64,000 nt of DNA, taken from assembly GCA_050013255.1 (NCBI GenBank), contig JBEKFP010000002.1:1-64000 (forward strand), written 5' to 3'. The position numbers and the translations under genes were made by a program. This DNA comes from Candidatus Bathyarchaeia archaeon (lineage in GTDB: Archaea > Thermoproteota > Bathyarchaeia > 40CM-2-53-6). Shown one piece after another: positions 48,556 through 58,342 of this stretch; position 1 is the stretch's first letter; each line of letters begins with the position of its first letter. Under the pieces are notes generated by a model. That model was not told the origin of the DNA and did not search any database. It saw only the letters and a list, made by a program, of their open reading frames with translations.

Positions 48556-49692
48556 ATGTCAGATAGGGTGAGGCTGCTTCTAAGTCGCCTAGTGAATACT
48601 CTGCAGTCTGTCAGCGGGCGAGACGTCCTGCTGATCCTCGCTGCAACGCCGATCATATTTCTCTTCATCATTGCACCGCAAACATTTGAGTTGAGCTGGG
48701 CGGGGTTCGGCCAACTCGGAAGAGGCGGGCTCTTCATAATCCTATTCTTCCTAGGCCTAGATCTTCTAGATTTCAAGAAAGACAAGATACAGTGGACTAT
48801 GAGGCGAAAGCTCGAAGGCGCCATAATAGTCGCAATCGGCGTATTCTACTTTGTCCAGGTCGGGGTAAGTCAGGCAGCATACTCCAAAGAAGCCGTGGGC
48901 GCGCTGGCACTTGGATTAACCCAGGGCCATATTGACTTTGGTTTAATTCTTGAGGATGGGCTTACAAATTTCCTATATGCCTTAGGGCGAGTGCTCGGAG
49001 CGTCGGGCGACTATAGCAACAGCTTCTTGATGGCAACAGACTTCATCGCTGACACGATCTATATTGCACTCTTATCGATAATCCTCTTCGCTGCAAGTGC
49101 AATTCGACGGATCGCCACGCCCCTCTTGTTCGGCCTGGGAATGTTGTTCTTCTATCTTCTTGATGCCATCCTACCATATGGCTCAATTGGCCCCTTACAG
49201 TTTTGGGCAAACTTCATCGTTGCGGGCGTCGCCCTTCTCGCCAAGGTTTTCGGCCTTCCAATTTACGGGTTCACGAATCATCTGACAATAGCTGGGCTAC
49301 ACGGTTACTACCGCTTGGTTGTCTATTGGCCGAGCGTTGGCGTACAGAGCATCCTGATTTACTCCGTGGTAATGATCGTGATTGCGGCAAAATTGCAGGC
49401 GCCCAGAATCCGAAAGATAATTTACGCAGTCGTGGGGGTCGTGGTTACGGTGTTTCTGAATGTGGTCAGGGTCTTCTCAATCGCCTACTACGGCTATGCC
49501 TATGCCACTAGCGGCCAGCAACTTGACGCCTTCCACAATACGGTTGGCGAAGTGCTTTTCCTATTTTGGATCGTAGCATATCTTTTCTTGATAATTGAAA
49601 TTGAAAACAGATTAACCCGACCCCGTCGTGTCCCCAGAAAACGTAAGAAAAGTGTGCCGAGAAGGATTAGAACTCGCAAGTTGGCAAAGTAA
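48556..49692 (+). CDS. Archaeosortase with Ser replacing the catalytic Cys (thaumarchaeosortase-like)
   Basis: WPSVGVQS, NVVRV and FHNTVGE in a multi-TM protein. Confidence 0.85.
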   Translation: MSDRVRLLLSRLVNTLQSVSGRDVLLILAATPIIFLFIIAPQTFELSWAGFGQLGRGGLFIILFFLGLDLLDFKKDKIQWTMRRKLEGAIIVAIGVFYFVQVGVSQAAYSKEAVGALALGLTQGHIDFGLILEDGLTNFLYALGRVLGASGDYSNSFLMATDFIADTIYIALLSIILFAASAIRRIATPLLFGLGMLFFYLLDAILPYGSIGPLQFWANFIVAGVALLAKVFGLPIYGFTNHLTIAGLHGYYRLVVYWPSVGVQSILIYSVVMIVIAAKLQAPRIRKIIYAVVGVVVTVFLNVVRVFSIAYYGYAYATSGQQLDAFHNTVGEVLFLFWIVAYLFLIIEIENRLTRPRRVPRKRKKSVPRRIRTRKLAK

Positions 49693-49694
49693 CT

Positions 49695-50405
49695 ATGCTA
49701 AGCCGGAAAACCCTGGGCCTGTTACTCCTAGTAGCCATAACGACATCAGCCTTGGCCACTTCCTATTTCTTCGCGGCCGCTGAAGTGGGGTCGGATTGGC
49801 ACGAGGAGCCGGTTAGGGTCATTATCCAGTCAACATCAGACTGGGGGCGCATTCTGTTCGATGACCTGAACGGCACTAACTCGAACGGTCTCGGAATTAA
49901 GAGCGTTCTTGGCAGTGGTTGGACGACGGGTCAGGATTTCAACGACGTTCTACAAACGGGCAGGAAGCTTGCATGGCCTGACCAAGTTTACGGACAGATA
50001 GAGCTCCGGCACGGGGACTTGGTAGAATTCTTCAAGGGCTTGAACGATTTTCATTACACGCAGATCTACGCTGACCTCGTCCTAAACGTTGACGCATCTC
50101 TCCCGCAGGTGTACGTGTGGTTAATGGGTGGAGGAAATGGAACCACTACCTTCGAAATAACAAGCCCAGCGACCGGCGGGACAATCTGGCAAGACATCAT
50201 TGTTGGTAATACGGTCACACAGCAAGTACGGCGGGTGATGTCCTCGCTGCCCTTCCTTCACCCGGGACGCACTGAAAGCCTGGTGGTAATTGATTGGCTA
50301 GGCATTGTCGTCGCGGTCATAATCATAATGAACTTTCCAGTCCTCGAATTGATTTACCGGCGGATCAGGCAGGCTCGTAGGGTTTCGGGGAGAAATCGGA
50401 AGTGA
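49695..50405 (+). CDS. Hypothetical exported protein with C-terminal TM anchor
   Basis: N-terminal signal/TM, C-terminal TM plus basic tail. Confidence 0.75.
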   Translation: MLSRKTLGLLLLVAITTSALATSYFFAAAEVGSDWHEEPVRVIIQSTSDWGRILFDDLNGTNSNGLGIKSVLGSGWTTGQDFNDVLQTGRKLAWPDQVYGQIELRHGDLVEFFKGLNDFHYTQIYADLVLNVDASLPQVYVWLMGGGNGTTTFEITSPATGGTIWQDIIVGNTVTQQVRRVMSSLPFLHPGRTESLVVIDWLGIVVAVIIIMNFPVLELIYRRIRQARRVSGRNRK

Positions 50406-50420
50406 GGATGCAATCGAAAA

Positions 50421-51674
50421 GTGAGCCATTTCACTCGCGTTAGGTACGAGTCGTTCATTCTAAGGCTTTCATTTCTCTTCGTTGGACAATTCTCTCTCTA
50501 CGAGGGGTTTCAAGATTGGAATCGCGGAAGGGCTGATATTCACCCAGAGGTTGCCCTTGCAACTTTGCTCATCTACGCCGTCTCGCTCTTCATAATTGCA
50601 CTGTCTCTGATGCCAGATGCAACGGTCTTCAAGCTCAAAGATTTCGCGCTCGTGCCGCTTGTACTAGCAACGATTACCAGTGTTTACGTAGTCGCAGAAA
50701 TTGCGTACAAGGGGTCCTATAGAACCGATGTGTTAGCCTTCAGCCAGTACGCAGCCATCTTAGTGACCAAGGGCCTTAACCCGTACACTCAAGACTTGAC
50801 GCCTGCCCTGTCCATGTTCGCCGTTCAGCCTTCAGACCTCACCCCCTTGGGCACAGGAAATTACCTAGCCACGTTCCAATATCCAGCCCTTCACTTTCTC
50901 GTCTTTGTTCCATTCGTCTTGATGGGCTTGAAAGACATGAGGTGGGTTCTGGTGATGTTTGAGTTAGGCATCATAGCCCTCCTGTACGTCAAATGCCCCG
51001 AAAACCTCAGGCCGATGCTGATCCTACCACTCTACGCAGGCTCAGACTTGATGATCAACTTTACCGCCTCGAGCGTATCTGACATGCTCTGGGTGCTTCC
51101 CCTAGTCTTGGTGGCATTCACAATAGACAAGAAACCAAAGCTATCAGGTGTCCTTTACGGTATTGCATGTGCGATAAAACAGCCGCCTTGGCTTCTCGCT
51201 CCGTTCATCATGATCTATTTGGTTCGAACGCAGCACACAAATGGGGCACGCAGGAAGCTAAAGAGAGTCGTAGAGTTCATTGGACCAGCGTTGGCCTTGT
51301 TCTTCCTTGTGAATTTGCCATTCGCATTCGGTGACGCACTCGGTTGGCTTCGGAACGTAGTCACGCCTGTCACCTCAGACCTAGTCATATTAAGTCAAGG
51401 GCCAGCTGTACTTTCGCAAGTGGGATTAATCGACGTAGGAAGAGCGTTCTACTCAGTATTGACTATTGGTGTGCTGGTCGTACTCGTCACGAACTACTAC
51501 ATCTACTTTAAACAACTGAGATACGTTGTTTGGATACTTCCAGGCGTTATTCTCTGGTTTTCATACCGCGCGCTAACAAGCTACGTAATCTACTGGATCC
51601 CACTCATGCTCGTCTCACTAATCTTATGGTACAATTCAGCCAGCAACCACGACAGCAGAAGGCGTCCGACTTGA
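50421..51674 (+). CDS. Multi-TM GT-C-like glycosyltransferase (GT87-like)
   Basis: TD...F, GLNPY, YPALHF, AIKQPPW, NLPF. Confidence 0.75.
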   Translation: MSHFTRVRYESFILRLSFLFVGQFSLYEGFQDWNRGRADIHPEVALATLLIYAVSLFIIALSLMPDATVFKLKDFALVPLVLATITSVYVVAEIAYKGSYRTDVLAFSQYAAILVTKGLNPYTQDLTPALSMFAVQPSDLTPLGTGNYLATFQYPALHFLVFVPFVLMGLKDMRWVLVMFELGIIALLYVKCPENLRPMLILPLYAGSDLMINFTASSVSDMLWVLPLVLVAFTIDKKPKLSGVLYGIACAIKQPPWLLAPFIMIYLVRTQHTNGARRKLKRVVEFIGPALALFFLVNLPFAFGDALGWLRNVVTPVTSDLVILSQGPAVLSQVGLIDVGRAFYSVLTIGVLVVLVTNYYIYFKQLRYVVWILPGVILWFSYRALTSYVIYWIPLMLVSLILWYNSASNHDSRRRPT

Positions 51675-52444
51675 AGGCCCGCCACATTCGCAGGTACTTT
51701 GCAACAGTGTCTGTGAGCATTCTCATATTGGTAGCAGCATTCGCCTTTGCGAATCTGCAAGGCACCTATTCCGCCCCGCCACCAATACTTGACCCAAACT
51801 TCAAACTCTGGGCCGATAGTTCCACGGGCCATCAGCTGATGGTATGGGGTCGCGAGTCCGTTAAAGGCTCATTCGATCGAGTGGCCCTAAACGAAACTGT
51901 AGCCAATGGTAGAAACGCAGTTGAACTGGGCGTCTTTCAAAGCGGCGAAGGGTCTGGGTGGGTGTACGAAGCGCTTACGCAGACCTTAGACGGAGGGCGC
52001 TTATCCGCGCTCTTCGGCTCGACCGTCGGACTATGGTTTATGAAAGAGCCTTGTCATTGTGACGATGATCCCTTCAACAGAACCGCAGTAACCCTCGTCG
52101 TAGAAGTCAATGACGGAACCCACACAATTAGCATTCTTTTCTCAGACAAGTTTACTGGAACTCTTACCATGCTGAATCACAGGATCGAGTTTAGGTCGAC
52201 CCCGTCGGGAACTTGGATATTCGAGGAGTTCAATTTCGCTAAAGAATACGCATCAGCTCACTGGCTCCTTCCCAACAGCTTAACCTTCAGGATTATTTTC
52301 GGAGTTGCGGAGGACTCCTCGGGCTGGCACTACGCATACCTAGATAGAATAACGATCACCAGCAACTATCTTCACACATCCCAGGGCACAATCTCGAGTC
52401 TGATACTCGTTCCCGCAACATTGACCTCTCGAAATTCTGACTAA
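51671..52444 (+). CDS. Hypothetical membrane-anchored exported protein (TTG start at 51671 preferred over 51530)
   Basis: TTGA overlap with the upstream stop; N-terminal TM then beta-rich domain. Confidence 0.7.
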   Translation: MKARHIRRYFATVSVSILILVAAFAFANLQGTYSAPPPILDPNFKLWADSSTGHQLMVWGRESVKGSFDRVALNETVANGRNAVELGVFQSGEGSGWVYEALTQTLDGGRLSALFGSTVGLWFMKEPCHCDDDPFNRTAVTLVVEVNDGTHTISILFSDKFTGTLTMLNHRIEFRSTPSGTWIFEEFNFAKEYASAHWLLPNSLTFRIIFGVAEDSSGWHYAYLDRITITSNYLHTSQGTISSLILVPATLTSRNSD

Positions 52445-52474
52445 AGACTTAAGCGTAGCCAAAGAAAACGCGGC

Positions 52475-53119
52475 ATGTGTATTGCTATGAACAGAAGAGA
52501 GACGAGGGTTGGACATGGCGATCTAGATTCAGAACATCTTCGATCAATGTATGGAACAAAAGGCCGATCAATACCAGTCATGAACGTGCTCTCCGTAATC
52601 TTCGGGATTTTGGCGATTAGTGTGCTTGCGACTTACTCCATCAGCCTTAACGCACCGTACATCATCGGAGAGAACTTGGTCAATGCTGAGGTCAATCTGG
52701 TTCTCTTCCAGTTCAAACCAATCACTCTGTTCACATACTTTTTCTTTCTATCCTTCGCGTTCGGGTTGAACTCACCAATATCGAAGCGGAGACTTCTGAG
52801 CATTGGGGACCAGTTGTTTGAATCGCTTTACGTAATCTCTTGGTTCTTCGTAATGCTAAGTGGATTTGAAGTCCTATATCACATCGTTCTCTGGTCCGCG
52901 GGATTATCAGTTCAAGGGTTACAGAACCCTGATATTATTGTGAACTGGTGGCCAGCTAACCCGTACGCGATAAATGTGGTGTTCGCCGCGAAGTTGGTGG
53001 TGTTAATCTTCGCAATCTCATGCTTCTCCGTCGACTACTTACGACGGGTTCGGACGACACGAGAGAAAGTCCGAGAGAGGCTGATGTCCTCCCATGAGCG
53101 AATGGGCTTCAAGAGCTGA
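52475..53119 (+). CDS. Hypothetical membrane protein
   Basis: Four TM segments. Confidence 0.7.
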   Translation: MCIAMNRRETRVGHGDLDSEHLRSMYGTKGRSIPVMNVLSVIFGILAISVLATYSISLNAPYIIGENLVNAEVNLVLFQFKPITLFTYFFFLSFAFGLNSPISKRRLLSIGDQLFESLYVISWFFVMLSGFEVLYHIVLWSAGLSVQGLQNPDIIVNWWPANPYAINVVFAAKLVVLIFAISCFSVDYLRRVRTTREKVRERLMSSHERMGFKS

Positions 53120-54381
53120 AGTAGGTTCCACAAAATCAAGAGTGAAAAAGCTATCCCAGTAGCATAGACGGGGACCATAAGGTACCCTGCAGTCTGAATT
53201 TGCCTCCAAACGATGTCCGCCTGAAAATAGAGGTCATAGAAATACGGACTGGCCCATAAGATTGGGATTGCGAAATAGTAGAATGCGGAACGCAAGAATA
53301 TGAATATGAAAGGCGCAGCCCACAGCCTATAGTCGCATTTCTTGCATAATAGAATCAAAGGAAAAATCGCGACCAAGAATTGCTCATTCATGATTTTTCC
53401 GAAAAGAAAACTCATTAACATCACCGCCAACACTGCTTCGAGTAACGGGAGCCTTCGTCCGTACTTCAGAATAACGTATGCAACACCAATGATTGTAGCC
53501 GCGCTTGCGACTGTTGAGAGCAAAACATCAAAGATGACGTCAGGGACGTTCCAGATGAAATTATAGAGGTTAACGCCTCCCATGACTCGTAGGCCTTGGA
53601 AGACAACAACAACATTCCAGAACGCGGATGGGCTAACTATGAAATAGTATGCTACTGGGATGAGGGTAAAGGAAAAGCCCAGCAAAAATTCGCCGAGTTC
53701 CTTCCACCTACCTAATAATCGGTACACATAGAGCGGTGCCAGCACCGCGGTATACAGTTTCACTAGGCTCACGCCATACGTCAGGCCGGCCAGGAAATAC
53801 GATTGCTTTGAAAAGGTGAGATAACTGAGAAGCAGAAATATCGCCACAATAGCATCAAACATTCCCCACACCACGGAGATGAAGATCACATAGGGGCAGA
53901 ACGCGTAAATCTCAGCCTTTCGAAAATCAAGCCTAGCCAAAACGTAAACTACTGCGACATCAGCGATTACGATCGGAATTTTCAGCATGAAAATAGCTAG
54001 CAATGCCCAAGGGTAAATCAGAACGGGCAAACTTGGGGCGTGTCCGCCGATGATAACTAGCGAAGGCCCAGCCACGAGCGTGAAGAGCCAGTAGAATGGA
54101 ACAAACAAATAGATGAGTAGAGGATGATAGGCGTAACCTTCGAAAAACACAGGCAGCCCCGAGGCGTGTTGCATCAGTAGAGTCTGCTGATAGACGAAGT
54201 TGTAGACGTTTCCGCCGCTAAGAACGATTCGACTTGATTCATAAATTGTGCCCAAGTCGCCGGAATGCATGAAGAAAGGCGCTATCGCCAATCTAACTGC
54301 GAGAGCGGCGAGAACGAGCCTTATTCTTCTTTCCATGCTTTTCAACCAACAGCAGATAAAGGCATACGGCGGCAATCGCAA
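53035..54381 (-). CDS. Multi-TM GT-C-like glycosyltransferase (PIG-M/GT87-like; likely start 54336)
   Basis: HSGDL, YAYHP, KIPIVIAD, WGMFD, VKLY, NEQF. Confidence 0.75.
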   Translation of the reverse strand: MRLPPYAFICCWLKSMERRIRLVLAALAVRLAIAPFFMHSGDLGTIYESSRIVLSGGNVYNFVYQQTLLMQHASGLPVFFEGYAYHPLLIYLFVPFYWLFTLVAGPSLVIIGGHAPSLPVLIYPWALLAIFMLKIPIVIADVAVVYVLARLDFRKAEIYAFCPYVIFISVVWGMFDAIVAIFLLLSYLTFSKQSYFLAGLTYGVSLVKLYTAVLAPLYVYRLLGRWKELGEFLLGFSFTLIPVAYYFIVSPSAFWNVVVVFQGLRVMGGVNLYNFIWNVPDVIFDVLLSTVASAATIIGVAYVILKYGRRLPLLEAVLAVMLMSFLFGKIMNEQFLVAIFPLILLCKKCDYRLWAAPFIFIFLRSAFYYFAIPILWASPYFYDLYFQADIVWRQIQTAGYLMVPVYATGIAFSLLILWNLLQLLKPIRSWEDISLSRTFSRVVRTRRK

Positions 54382-55135
54382 CTATTGGCAAGACATATGG
54401 GAGGTCAGTATAATTCCAAGTTGGAAAAGGCTGCTGGTTACTTCCAACCGACCCTGAGACCGCAAATTCCATTTCGCTGTTGACGTAATCTACTGTAATT
54501 CTATTGAAACCGTTCTCAAAAGGCCAGACCTCAATCTGGGACGGGACGCGAGACATCTTAACTGAGCCGCTTCCGGTTACGCCGGAGGATTGGTCGAGAA
54601 AAGTGAGGTCTAAGTTTTGAGAAATTGGGAGCACCGTAGGCTTGGGCGCCGTTGTGACATTTACTCCATTGACTGAGGTAAACACCCACTTCCACATTTC
54701 GATGTGGACTGCGATTTCCTTGTTTGCAACGATTTTAACTGAGACATAATCTCTTGTGGGCACCTCCACAAATTTGTGAATAACCAAGCCATGGCCGGTG
54801 TAGGTTACATCCAGAGCCTTGGGAGAAGTGCCAATCGACACGTTGAAGTCGTTAAACAAATTGTAACCGTTCACATAGCTCGTCCAGTCGCTGAACTCAA
54901 TCAGGCTGATTCGTTCGTTTGGAACCAAGGACGGGTTTATGTGAATATTCGGTTTGCTGCTCCCATCGTAAGGGTCATTAAACAAAACAAAGTAGCTTGG
55001 GCTCTGGAAGGCATAAGCGCCAAGGCCATACCCTAACCAACGACTTTGAGCAATGAAGGTCTGGTGAATCAAGGGTATGAAGCTGAGCGCGACAACGTAT
55101 AGGACGAAAAATGTTGTTAGACGTCGCAGCTTCAA
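54293..55135 (-). CDS. Hypothetical exported protein with C-terminal TM
   Basis: N- and C-terminal hydrophobic segments around a beta-rich domain. Confidence 0.75.
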   Translation of the reverse strand: MKLRRLTTFFVLYVVALSFIPLIHQTFIAQSRWLGYGLGAYAFQSPSYFVLFNDPYDGSSKPNIHINPSLVPNERISLIEFSDWTSYVNGYNLFNDFNVSIGTSPKALDVTYTGHGLVIHKFVEVPTRDYVSVKIVANKEIAVHIEMWKWVFTSVNGVNVTTAPKPTVLPISQNLDLTFLDQSSGVTGSGSVKMSRVPSQIEVWPFENGFNRITVDYVNSEMEFAVSGSVGSNQQPFPTWNYTDLPYVLPIVAIAAVCLYLLLVEKHGKKNKARSRRSRS

Positions 55136-55300
55136 AGAAAAACCAATTGCTCCTTACATTTCACTTTCTTGCAGGAAGCATTCAACTCATAGCTAGCCAA
55201 ATGAATATTTGACCTGCACCGACGTTTTTCACGTGCTTGAGTCGACTATTATAGAGTTTCTATGGATGGCTAGCCATTCTGTGAGAGTTGCCTAGGGCGG

Positions 55301-58162
55301 TTATGTGGGCCTACTCCGTCTCTTCTCCGAGTATTGGCGATTATCTTCTGCACGGGTTCTGTGGATAGGACTGAGGTTCCAAAGAACAGTGAGCCCAAAG
55401 AGGAATGATCCAAAAAGTAAGAGAGCAATGTTCGTTCCCACCGATTCGTAACTCGGGAATGGAACCCACTCCGCCTGTATGGTTTTCGGCGAATTTGCAC
55501 TTAGGAGAATTCTAGCGTCGCTACTGTTCACATCGCCCCGCCATTGTGCGAATATTACTTTTGATTCGTTGGCTACCGGAGGCTCGACCGATGCGGCCGC
55601 TGTACTATTTTCGTCGTACCACCCGGATCCTGATGGCGTCCCGTATGCCGAGGTTACGTTGACAAAGTATTGTATTCGGTAATTGGCAAGTATGCTAGTG
55701 TCATTGTGAAGGGTGATCAGTCTTGTTGCATCAGTGCTGCCATCCTCCCAACCTGTAAAGACCACTCTCGTTTGCGAAGTTAGGTAGGTCACGGGTTCGA
55801 CTTGGACGGTGTGCGGTCCCTGTTTGGTTTCTAGATAAATGCTACCTGTGTCTGGAATTTTGAATTCACTTCCGTCGAATGCGAATGAGGTGCCTGGAAC
55901 GGTTGATGCGACTGTGACCTTGATTGTGTCGAGGACCTTCGTGTTTGTCAGGAGAGGGCCGGCAAGCAGTTTCCAACCGTCCCCTGGCTCTGTTACTATG
56001 ATGATGGCGAGGGGAAGTTTAGTTGAATTGGGCGGAGGCAAGAAAGCGAGAAGCAGCACGTGGGGGCCGCTTCTGGCAAGAAAGACTTGGCTACCTTCGA
56101 TCTCTCCTCGCTGAGTGTTGAAGGCAATTACTTGCGCCGTTCCTGTCGCATGATTGTCGTTTGAGAGCACAACTCTTACCATCACAATCGTAGCTGTGGA
56201 TACCTCGGTGGGCGCGGTTGCTGACGTTAGGTCAAGGCCAGGGGCCACAGGCGCTGATGTATTTTCAGCCGCGTGCGTGATCACCTCTAGGTCCTTATCG
56301 GTAAATTGGAGCGCCTTCACGTTGCTAACGAAGTTTACCAGAATTCCCTCAGCTTGCGTATCGTACACCCCCGTCTCATACACCGTCCATACCTCGTGGC
56401 CCATCTCCTCGATTACCTGGAAGTTCTTGTGGAGGTAGGACGAATTATGCCAGCCGTCTTTCGGAGCGTCCAAGAAGAACTCATACCCCGTGCTGACATA
56501 CGCCGGTGTTTCTATACTTCCCCCGTAAAGAACCAACAGACTCGCTTTCATTCGATACGCACTCTTCGATACGAGGTCGGACAACTTCGGTGTAATGAGC
56601 ACAAGTCCATCTGGGCTCACCCATTCCTCGGGAGCGCGTATGGAAACTTCCATAGCTGCAACCTGAGCCCCCGTAGAGTAACCTACAAGAAACGTGTGAG
56701 CATATCCTTGCTTTCTGATCCAATCATGGACATCACCAATGATTCTGGAATCCATCCGGTATGGCTCTTGATAGATCGTGCGATTTGACTCGGGGCTATA
56801 GTATTCGTATGAGCCTTTCTGAAGCGCGATTAGGCAGTAGTATGTAGTCAGGTGTTGAATGAACTTGATTGTCCCGAAGGACTCGTACTCGAAGGGGTTA
56901 ATCATGTAGGAATAGTAACCTATCTCTTGTTCATCCGTTGTCCCGCCGCCAAGCCAGATTAGGCAAGTATCGCTAGCAGTATTGTTCCAATAGTACCAAG
57001 AAGCGTCACCGATCTTTACAATCGACCTTACCGGCTGGTTTGGAAGTTGGGCGTGCGTCGAGGGAATCCGAATCAGAAGTAGGATCAAGATTGTTGCGAC
57101 CAGTATCAATCTTGCCCACTGTTGGACACGGTGGGGTGGTAGTCGTGGGGCACGCCCCCTGAGATTGCGGCGAATCGCTCTGATGAGTAGGATCAAACTA
57201 CCAAGCATTAGAGCGCTGAATATGACGAGTGAGACTGTTGCTGTTCGTGAAGGTACCCAACGCGCCTGCACGTTCTTCGGCCCATCCATGACTACTGATG
57301 CGAGCGCGTCGCTGGAGCCAATGTCACCTGACCAACCTGCGAATCTATAGGCCCCCACCAGTAGCTCCAACCAATCCAAGCTGCTGGAAGCTGGGACGAC
57401 AGTGAAGCTCGGATTCGAACCTGCGGGATACCATCCTTGACCGGCACTTAGGCCATGCTCAGATTTCACCGAAAGGTAGTATTCCGTGCGGTACAGAGCC
57501 GTTAGGTTCGCGGTATTGCTGATTACGAGCAAACGTGGATTGGAGGCGACGCCGTCACTCCAACCAACGAACACAAAGCGTTCACCAGTTTCACCAGGGA
57601 TCAATTGCGTCGCGGCTAGGCGATGAACGCCCGGTGTGACTGAGAGATTAATGGGACCGGCAGCATTTACAGGGTATGTGATGCCATCCAAACCGATCGA
57701 TGAAGGTGGACCTGAAGAAGCTAATGTTAAGGCAGCAGCATTGGACACGTCGACCTTGAAAGAGCTTGAACCTTCGAGCGGGTCCTGGTACCATGCGTTC
57801 TGCCACCAGATTCTCGTAATCGCAAGGAGGTGCCATTCGGTCGTCTCGGCGGGGGCTGTCAAATTGAATGCGAAAGTCATTGGCCCTGTGTCGCGCAGAG
57901 GAATCGATATGCTCTGTACGATGACTCCACTCTCAACATCCCAAATGCCCATGTCCACTCCGACTTTATCTGAATAGTCAGCAACAACGGTCACTAGAAA
58001 AACTGTGCCCGATAGAACGTGGCGAGGGTAATTCATGGAGGTGATCTTAGCTATCGGTGGGGACGCGTAAACGTAGCCTAATTGAAGAGATGCAGAAAGG
58101 ATCAGAGCTCCAATGGCTGCAACTATCATCAGCGATTTCTTGTGAGGCACGCGGATCCGCAC
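55301..58162 (-). CDS. Surface protein with central alpha/beta-hydrolase domain and repeat modules
   Basis: GYSTG nucleophile elbow, MGHE; two G.GWY...F..W.GD modules; internal TM pair. Confidence 0.8.
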   Translation of the reverse strand: MRIRVPHKKSLMIVAAIGALILSASLQLGYVYASPPIAKITSMNYPRHVLSGTVFLVTVVADYSDKVGVDMGIWDVESGVIVQSISIPLRDTGPMTFAFNLTAPAETTEWHLLAITRIWWQNAWYQDPLEGSSSFKVDVSNAAALTLASSGPPSSIGLDGITYPVNAAGPINLSVTPGVHRLAATQLIPGETGERFVFVGWSDGVASNPRLLVISNTANLTALYRTEYYLSVKSEHGLSAGQGWYPAGSNPSFTVVPASSSLDWLELLVGAYRFAGWSGDIGSSDALASVVMDGPKNVQARWVPSRTATVSLVIFSALMLGSLILLIRAIRRNLRGRAPRLPPHRVQQWARLILVATILILLLIRIPSTHAQLPNQPVRSIVKIGDASWYYWNNTASDTCLIWLGGGTTDEQEIGYYSYMINPFEYESFGTIKFIQHLTTYYCLIALQKGSYEYYSPESNRTIYQEPYRMDSRIIGDVHDWIRKQGYAHTFLVGYSTGAQVAAMEVSIRAPEEWVSPDGLVLITPKLSDLVSKSAYRMKASLLVLYGGSIETPAYVSTGYEFFLDAPKDGWHNSSYLHKNFQVIEEMGHEVWTVYETGVYDTQAEGILVNFVSNVKALQFTDKDLEVITHAAENTSAPVAPGLDLTSATAPTEVSTATIVMVRVVLSNDNHATGTAQVIAFNTQRGEIEGSQVFLARSGPHVLLLAFLPPPNSTKLPLAIIIVTEPGDGWKLLAGPLLTNTKVLDTIKVTVASTVPGTSFAFDGSEFKIPDTGSIYLETKQGPHTVQVEPVTYLTSQTRVVFTGWEDGSTDATRLITLHNDTSILANYRIQYFVNVTSAYGTPSGSGWYDENSTAAASVEPPVANESKVIFAQWRGDVNSSDARILLSANSPKTIQAEWVPFPSYESVGTNIALLLFGSFLFGLTVLWNLSPIHRTRAEDNRQYSEKRRSRPT

Positions 58163-58342
58163 CTGGGATATCTGAGCTCAGGTGTGGTGTATTCAAAGCC
58201 ACCGCAACTTGAACGCTGGTAACGCTTCTTTTCGGTCGTATTAGAATGGACCGAGGAGCTTGTTTCGGACGGAATGCTTGGTCTGCCCAAGATGGAGAAT
58301 CTTTAGAAAGTTTCTAAAGATAGATGTGGTCGACTTGGCGCT

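Noticed and set aside
55986-55994. Another GGCTCTGTT match to the TIR
   Set aside because: It lies inside an intact CDS with no partner end or TSD; a chance 9-mer.
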